Part shown: positions 6,831-11,530 of the stretch, piece after piece
Layout of the letters: each line of letters starts with the position of its first letter
How positions within the stretch are numbered: the first letter of the stretch is position 1
NCBI GenBank assembly: GCA_964342815.1
Contig: CAYFHS010000018.1
Coordinates: 1-11,530 of the forward strand
Direction: 5' to 3'
DNA from: an uncultured archaeon
GTDB lineage: Archaea; Thermoplasmatota; Penumbrarchaeia; JASLWR01
Length of the DNA stretch: 11,530 nucleotides
The notes under the pieces: generated by a model
The model's input: the letters and a program-made list of their open reading frames with translations, nothing else
The model's database searches: none
Told to the model about the DNA's origin: nothing
Position numbers and translations under genes: made by a program

Positions 6831-7552
6831 CATCCCCCTCCCACGACGCATTGTCCGGTAAAATATTTATTCATATAGTAAATCCCAATGCCAAGAAGGG
6901 TGAGGAGACTCATCATATTGAGAGTAAATGAGATCTTTGGATTGGCCTTCAAAGCAGCCAGTTGTGTGATAAGGTCCCCGATAAGAAAACCGATGATGGG
7001 GTATGCGCTGGAGGTGATGGCAAAAACCGCGGTGAGAAGGATTGCCAGAGGGAATCCCGTGGTGATCAAAAGGGGGGCCAGTATCAGCATCTTAAGGCAT
7101 GGTGTGGCCCCACGTAACATTCCGTATAGAAAACCGGTCTTTCCAGATATTTTTCCGGGCGGACTGTGCATGCTGCATCCCCCGCACCCCGTTCTTTCCT
7201 CTGTGCCGCATCCCGTGGGACATGAGGCGCAGTTTGTGCATCCTTCGTTTTCCCGTCTCACTCGCTTTGCCCTCCGCAATCCTGGTAGGATGTGTTTTAC
7301 AAAGATAAAAAGTGCAAACAGTACAGTAATTATCCCGAAGATCAGGGTATAAATATCGGTTGGGATATCGATGAAAAGTCCAAAGAGAGAAATTATAGTT
7401 CCCAACGTCATGATACCGATAAAACGTCCCAGAATGAAAGAGAGAGCCATGCTTTTAGAATGTGTGCGGTTGCCAAACGACAGAAGTAAACAGACCCAGG
7501 AATTCCAGAAAGAAACACCTATCATGGCTGCTGCCGCCACTTCCGGCCACAT
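6830..7552 (-). CDS. Polytopic membrane protein, CcdA/DsbD_2 (TauE/UreH-like) superfamily, with a Cys-rich loop
   Basis: About 6 hydrophobic segments; C21 in the first TM and GFLYGMLRGATPC152 resemble the two-Cys CcdA/DsbD_2 pattern. Loop CTNCASCPTGC...GCGGC. Start overlaps the upstream stop (TAATG). Confidence 0.65.
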   Translation of the reverse strand: MWPEVAAAAMIGVSFWNSWVCLLLSFGNRTHSKSMALSFILGRFIGIMTLGTIISLFGLFIDIPTDIYTLIFGIITVLFALFIFVKHILPGLRRAKRVRRENEGCTNCASCPTGCGTEERTGCGGCSMHSPPGKISGKTGFLYGMLRGATPCLKMLILAPLLITTGFPLAILLTAVFAITSSAYPIIGFLIGDLITQLAALKANPKISFTLNMMSLLTLLGIGIYYMNKYFTGQCVVGGG

Positions 7553-8865
7553 TATACCCGTCCCCTCCCTTTGCGGATCGATTTTGTCAATACGCTAAGC
7601 TCAACAAGAAATAATATTACCAGAACCAGCAGGATTATTTGAAGAATCAGTTTGAAAACATCGGTCTCTCCCAGGATTATCTCGATATCGTGTGTCTTTC
7701 CGTCTATCACGTAGATATGCGGCGAAGTGTAACCGCTTGTGTAATCCCCCTTTCCCTGGTAACCCCCCTGTGCAGCAATTATTTCCAGCTGTGGGTCCGC
7801 ATCCAGGTCCACTGCGGTAATTCCCATGACATCGGTGCCTAATAATGGACTCTTCCATTCGATATCATGGGTCATTCCGTCGATAATATAGAGATAACCG
7901 GGTTGATTTCCAACCATTATCTCCTCAACGTCATCGTCATCAACGTCCGCAACCGCAAAGCCAAAGGGTTTTGGTCCCAGGTTGCCGCTTTTGTAAAGCT
8001 TTTTATAAATCCCATCTGCAGGATCATACTGGAAAATATAGATCCAACCGTCGTTATAACGATAACCGTTCGATAAAACTATGTTCGGAGTCCCATCATT
8101 GTCGACGTCGCGTATAGCCAGCCCCTGCACGCATCCTCCCAGATCGTCGCTCTCCCATTCGGGTTTCCCCCTGGAATTGTTCGTGACATTATATACTCTA
8201 ATGTAACCTTCACCCGCTACATCGCCCAGAGCCGCCCCGCATCCGGCCACAACCTCCACGATACCGTCACCGTCAACGTCTCCCACGTCGATAGCCCGCC
8301 ACCTGGAATTGGCCTTCGCCGTCATAAAGAAGGGTTTATCGGTGCCACACTCTATCACATAGAACATCCCGTTCGGTTCATCGGTCTTGTATGCCGTACC
8401 CACTACGATATCATCCTTGCCGTCTCCTGTAAAATCATGAAGAGCGATTCCATGGGCATCCCTCCCCGATCCCTCATATTTCCATAGCAGTTTGCCGTCC
8501 TCCCCGGAAAATACAAATATTTTTCCCATACCGTTCCCAACCACAATTTCAACCCCATCGTCACCGTACACGTCCCCCAACTCGATTCCCCATACGCGAT
8601 TACCGCCCACCTCCAGGCTGTATTCGAGGAAGAAATCGCCCCGGACATATTCCAAAACGGTGACATATCCGTTGTAATCCCCGTAGACGAGTTCGATCTT
8701 GCCGTCGCCGTCAATGTCGCCGGCCTTGATTGAATTGTATCTCCCGGGTGCGGTATTGAAATCTTCACCGGAGACCTCGGCATTTATCGGGCCAGCAAAC
8801 GAAATTGTAATGAGAACGAGAAACAGAGAGAAACAGCTCAGCTTTCGAAAAAGATTTATCCGCAA
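7552..8865 (-). CDS. Secreted FG-GAP/VCBS-repeat beta-propeller with a C-terminal TM anchor
   Basis: Signal peptide; seven DxDxDG-type repeats (GDIDGDGKIE, GDVYGDDGVE, HDFTGDGKDD, GDVDGDGIVE, RDVDNDGTPN, ADVDDDDVEE, VDLDADPQLE); hydrophobic C-terminus followed by KSIRKGRGR. TTG start 1 nt after the upstream stop. Confidence 0.9.
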   Translation of the reverse strand: MRINLFRKLSCFSLFLVLITISFAGPINAEVSGEDFNTAPGRYNSIKAGDIDGDGKIELVYGDYNGYVTVLEYVRGDFFLEYSLEVGGNRVWGIELGDVYGDDGVEIVVGNGMGKIFVFSGEDGKLLWKYEGSGRDAHGIALHDFTGDGKDDIVVGTAYKTDEPNGMFYVIECGTDKPFFMTAKANSRWRAIDVGDVDGDGIVEVVAGCGAALGDVAGEGYIRVYNVTNNSRGKPEWESDDLGGCVQGLAIRDVDNDGTPNIVLSNGYRYNDGWIYIFQYDPADGIYKKLYKSGNLGPKPFGFAVADVDDDDVEEIMVGNQPGYLYIIDGMTHDIEWKSPLLGTDVMGITAVDLDADPQLEIIAAQGGYQGKGDYTSGYTSPHIYVIDGKTHDIEIILGETDVFKLILQIILLVLVILFLVELSVLTKSIRKGRGRV

Positions 8866-8866
8866 C

Positions 8867-10084
8867 TCAACCCCGCCTCCGCCTTAGTTTCTTTTTGAAT
8901 GGTCTGATAACTAGAAGGATCACGAAAACCACCGATACAAAAGTAAATATGCCCAGACCGACCCGGGTCTTTGTAAATATAATAAACTCTTCCACCGGTT
9001 CCTTCATGGAATACATTACTATATAGCGGGATTTCCCTAGAGCTGACACGAATTTACTGCCGTCAGGAGACCATCTTGAAGCCATTACGTTCGAATCGTA
9101 TTTCTCGCCCTCCCTGAATATAACTATTGGCTCGGATACTGCGGGATTATAAATACGGGCTCTCTTCTCTATACCTGAAGTTAGAAAATAATCGTTTGAC
9201 CTGGACCATCGGGCGCCTCTTACACAGTTATCGTGCTCGTATTTCTTGTGTGATCCCGCTTCAAGATCCCAAACCCTAGCTGTATAATCCCGGCTTCCGC
9301 TCACAATCCTCTTCTCATCCAAAGACCAATCGCAGTCCAGTACTCCGGAGGTATGGCCTTCGAGTTTTTTCCAAAGCGAGAAATTACCGGTCTCATAGAT
9401 GCAAATGGTGGTGTCGTCAGAATTTACTGCAAGTTTAGATCCACTGGGGCTGAACCGGGCCGAAATAATTGGTCCTGCAGTCTGATCAGCAAGGGTTCGG
9501 ATACATTTCCCCGTGGCCACATCCCATACTTTTGCGACATTTTTCGAGACGCCCGTACCATTTACTTTTTCTCTTCCTGACCCGCTGACAATCCAAGTAC
9601 CGTTAGGTGACCAATCGACGCATAGAACGGAACCCAGATGCCCGGAGAGCTTTTTATTCTCGGTCCAATCCGAGGTGGTAAAGATGTGGATTACTTTGTC
9701 ATCCCCGCAAACCGCAAGATACCTGCTGTCGGGAGAGAACGACAGATAACGCAATGGATGCTGGATCCCGGCAGGAACCAATCCGTCGCAGCGAGTTCGA
9801 GTATCCGGAATACCGAAGGAATGTTCCAGCACTCCAGTGCTGGCATTGTAAATGTTCACTTGTCTGTCGAAATAGACTCCCGCGATCATGGAACCGTCCG
9901 GAGACCAGTCACACATCCACAGTGTCGCCAGCGAATCAGTCCTCTGTGCCTCCCATTCAACCGTCAACCAGTCCGGGCGTAGTTCGGTAGACGTTTCGCC
10001 CTTTACAGCAAACGGGATCTTTAATGAAATGGATAAAATGATCTGTATGAGGATGACAGATAGGGCTAAATATCTACGAATCAT
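8867..10084 (-). CDS. WD40-repeat beta-propeller with a signal peptide and C-terminal TM anchor
   Basis: About 7 WD40 repeats (DWSPDGSMIA, SFSPDSRYLA, SGHLGSVLCVDWSPNG...KVWD, RFSPSGSKLA, EGHTSGVLDCDWS...RVWD, RWSRSND, RWSPDGSKF). N-terminal hydrophobic leader; TM VGLGIFTFVSVVFVILLVI + RPFKKKLRRRR. Start overlaps the upstream gene by 11 nt; GGAGG upstream. Confidence 0.92.
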   Translation of the reverse strand: MIRRYLALSVILIQIILSISLKIPFAVKGETSTELRPDWLTVEWEAQRTDSLATLWMCDWSPDGSMIAGVYFDRQVNIYNASTGVLEHSFGIPDTRTRCDGLVPAGIQHPLRYLSFSPDSRYLAVCGDDKVIHIFTTSDWTENKKLSGHLGSVLCVDWSPNGTWIVSGSGREKVNGTGVSKNVAKVWDVATGKCIRTLADQTAGPIISARFSPSGSKLAVNSDDTTICIYETGNFSLWKKLEGHTSGVLDCDWSLDEKRIVSGSRDYTARVWDLEAGSHKKYEHDNCVRGARWSRSNDYFLTSGIEKRARIYNPAVSEPIVIFREGEKYDSNVMASRWSPDGSKFVSALGKSRYIVMYSMKEPVEEFIIFTKTRVGLGIFTFVSVVFVILLVIRPFKKKLRRRRG

Positions 10085-11411
10085 TTTTTTTCAACCTCCT
10101 CTTGCGGGATATCAAAATCACCAAAAATAATATGTCCAAAATAGCAAAAACAATAATCGGGATCAAAAGAGTCGGATAGAGCTTCAATTCTTCGTCTTGC
10201 GCCGTTTCATCCGTCTCTCCATCTATTTCACCGATTTCAACTCCTTTCAAACAATACATGTAACCGTCAGTGCTACCGACATAAAGATTCGCTCCCGAGA
10301 AAACAGGCGAGGCAACTATGGTTCCGGCTGTCTTGAAGCTCCATTCCTCGGTGCCGTTTTCATAATTTATTGAAAATAATGAATCACCCATTCCAATAAC
10401 AATAATATCCGAAATAATAAGTGGTGACGATCCGCCCTCGAAGTTCTCCGCTTCGAACTTCCAAATAACCTCACCCGGACTGATTATTTTATTGTCATCA
10501 GGGTCCTCGAAGGGTATACAATATATAAATTCGTAATCCGAAAAGAAGATTCTATCCTTGTTCATGCCTGCGGAAGTGTACATATCCGTCCCGGCCTTGA
10601 ATTCCCATACAATTTGCCCCGTTTTTCCGTTGTATCGGTATAGCGACCGGTCGATCCCGGAGGAAAATAGAATATCGTCTCCCTCGATCATAACCGTGGA
10701 ATAGATGTCGCCGTCCGTTATAATCTCGTAGATGAACTCGCCTGATTTTGCGTCCAGGCAGACCAATCTTCCCGATGAATCTCCGATATAAAGTAGATTA
10801 TCCTTAATTGCGGGAGTGGACCATACGCTGCCGCCGAATGAAATTGAATAATTCCAGGCCATTGTACCGTTATTTTCGTGTAAACAGTAGATATTTCCAT
10901 CATCAGCACCGAAGTATATTTTTTCCTTGTACAGTTTGGGAGAGCTCATTATCCCTCTGCCAGCGGAAAAATTCCATTGCTCAATACCGTACTCGGCATT
11001 GATACAGTAAAATTTTTTATCTCCACTACCGATGTATAATTTCGCTTTGGACACCAGAGGCGAACTGGAAATATCACCTCCTGTGGGAAAGATCCATTTT
11101 ACGACACCGGTTTGTGCATCGAGACAGTAAACGGATCCGTCCTTGGAACCGAAATATATCTTTCCGGACACTACTGCCGGGGAAGATTCGATCCCTCCGT
11201 CAGTCTTGAACTTCCAGAGCAGTTCATCAGTGGTTCTTCCCTTGGAAGGATAGATCCCGCTGTTTGAGTTATCCCCCCTGAACTGGTTCCAATCACTATT
11301 CCCTCTGGTGAATTCACCAGCTGCAATTGAGGTATTAACCAAGAATAGAAGGAATAACATACCTGCGATCATAATTGTCTTTATTTCGATTCCCGAAAAG
11401 CTCTCTTCCAT
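10074..11411 (-). CDS. PQQ-binding-like (BamB-type repeat) 8-bladed beta-propeller with a signal peptide and C-terminal TM anchor
   Basis: WNQFRGDNSNSG leader motif and eight blades of the SSPxV...YFGS.DG..YCLD...G...W type; TM LLIPIIVFAILDILFLVILI + RKRRLKK. An alternative start is ATG 11372. Confidence 0.92.
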   Translation of the reverse strand: MEESFSGIEIKTIMIAGMLFLLFLVNTSIAAGEFTRGNSDWNQFRGDNSNSGIYPSKGRTTDELLWKFKTDGGIESSPAVVSGKIYFGSKDGSVYCLDAQTGVVKWIFPTGGDISSSPLVSKAKLYIGSGDKKFYCINAEYGIEQWNFSAGRGIMSSPKLYKEKIYFGADDGNIYCLHENNGTMAWNYSISFGGSVWSTPAIKDNLLYIGDSSGRLVCLDAKSGEFIYEIITDGDIYSTVMIEGDDILFSSGIDRSLYRYNGKTGQIVWEFKAGTDMYTSAGMNKDRIFFSDYEFIYCIPFEDPDDNKIISPGEVIWKFEAENFEGGSSPLIISDIIVIGMGDSLFSINYENGTEEWSFKTAGTIVASPVFSGANLYVGSTDGYMYCLKGVEIGEIDGETDETAQDEELKLYPTLLIPIIVFAILDILFLVILISRKRRLKKNDS

Positions 11412-11435
11412 CGTATTTCCACATGGTTTGTATCG

Positions 11436-11443
11436 TCTATAAA
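11436..11443 (-). promoter_or_regulatory. Candidate TATA box for the 7-gene operon (leaderless transcript)
   Basis: Minus-strand TTTATAGA occupies -32..-25 relative to the A of ATG 11411, preceded by GCTAAA (BRE-like). No Shine-Dalgarno precedes this ATG, whereas internal genes have one. Confidence 0.4.
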
Positions 11444-11530
11444 TTTAGCGGCATTCGCGCTTTCAAACGATACCGTAATCTTCATCTGCGTGTTCTTGAT
11501 GAGGAGGGAGGGAGGTTCGGAAAGTGGATT

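Noticed and set aside
6830-7552. Cytochrome c maturation locus
   Set aside because: No CxxCH-containing protein, ResA/CcmG thioredoxin or ResB/ResC/Ccm gene is present in the window.
2804-10076. Pyrrolysine or selenocysteine readthrough at TAG/TGA stops
   Set aside because: Each stop falls at the expected domain end and mostly overlaps or abuts the next gene's start or RBS; no readthrough evidence.
10074-11411. PQQ-dependent dehydrogenase or BamB
   Set aside because: It has only generic propeller repeats, is shorter than typical quinoprotein dehydrogenases and shows no recognisable catalytic motifs. It has a C-terminal TM rather than an outer-membrane lipobox and no Bam context.
1-11530. 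CRISPR array, tRNA or rRNA
   Set aside because: No regularly spaced identical repeats or cloverleaf/rRNA signatures were seen; the only nucleotide repeat found is the two-copy IS-end motif.

Overview
Probably an anaerobic archaeon, possibly Thermoplasmatota-like. This is inferred from TATA-like boxes about 25-35 nt upstream of starts, GGTGA/GAGGTG/GGAGG ribosome-binding sites, and surface proteins rich in N-glycosylation sequons with C-terminal membrane anchors. Positions 2804-11411 hold a tightly coupled 7-gene minus-strand operon. It starts with three different membrane-anchored extracytoplasmic beta-propellers (PQQ-like, WD40, FG-GAP). These are followed by a CcdA/DsbD_2-like membrane protein with a ferredoxin-type Cys loop and a NapH/MauN-type membrane polyferredoxin. 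It ends with a double-cubane-cluster-protein (DCCP)-like reductase fused to a divergent ATP-dependent activase domain, and a second, free activase. An FKBP-domain lipoprotein follows, probably from its own promoter. The AT-rich left arm encodes a Zn-finger/TM/PKD protein (+) and two small membrane proteins (-). The last of these, missed by the ORF track, runs into an IS21-like terminal repeat at 1-54. All family calls come from motif recognition by eye; no database searches were run.
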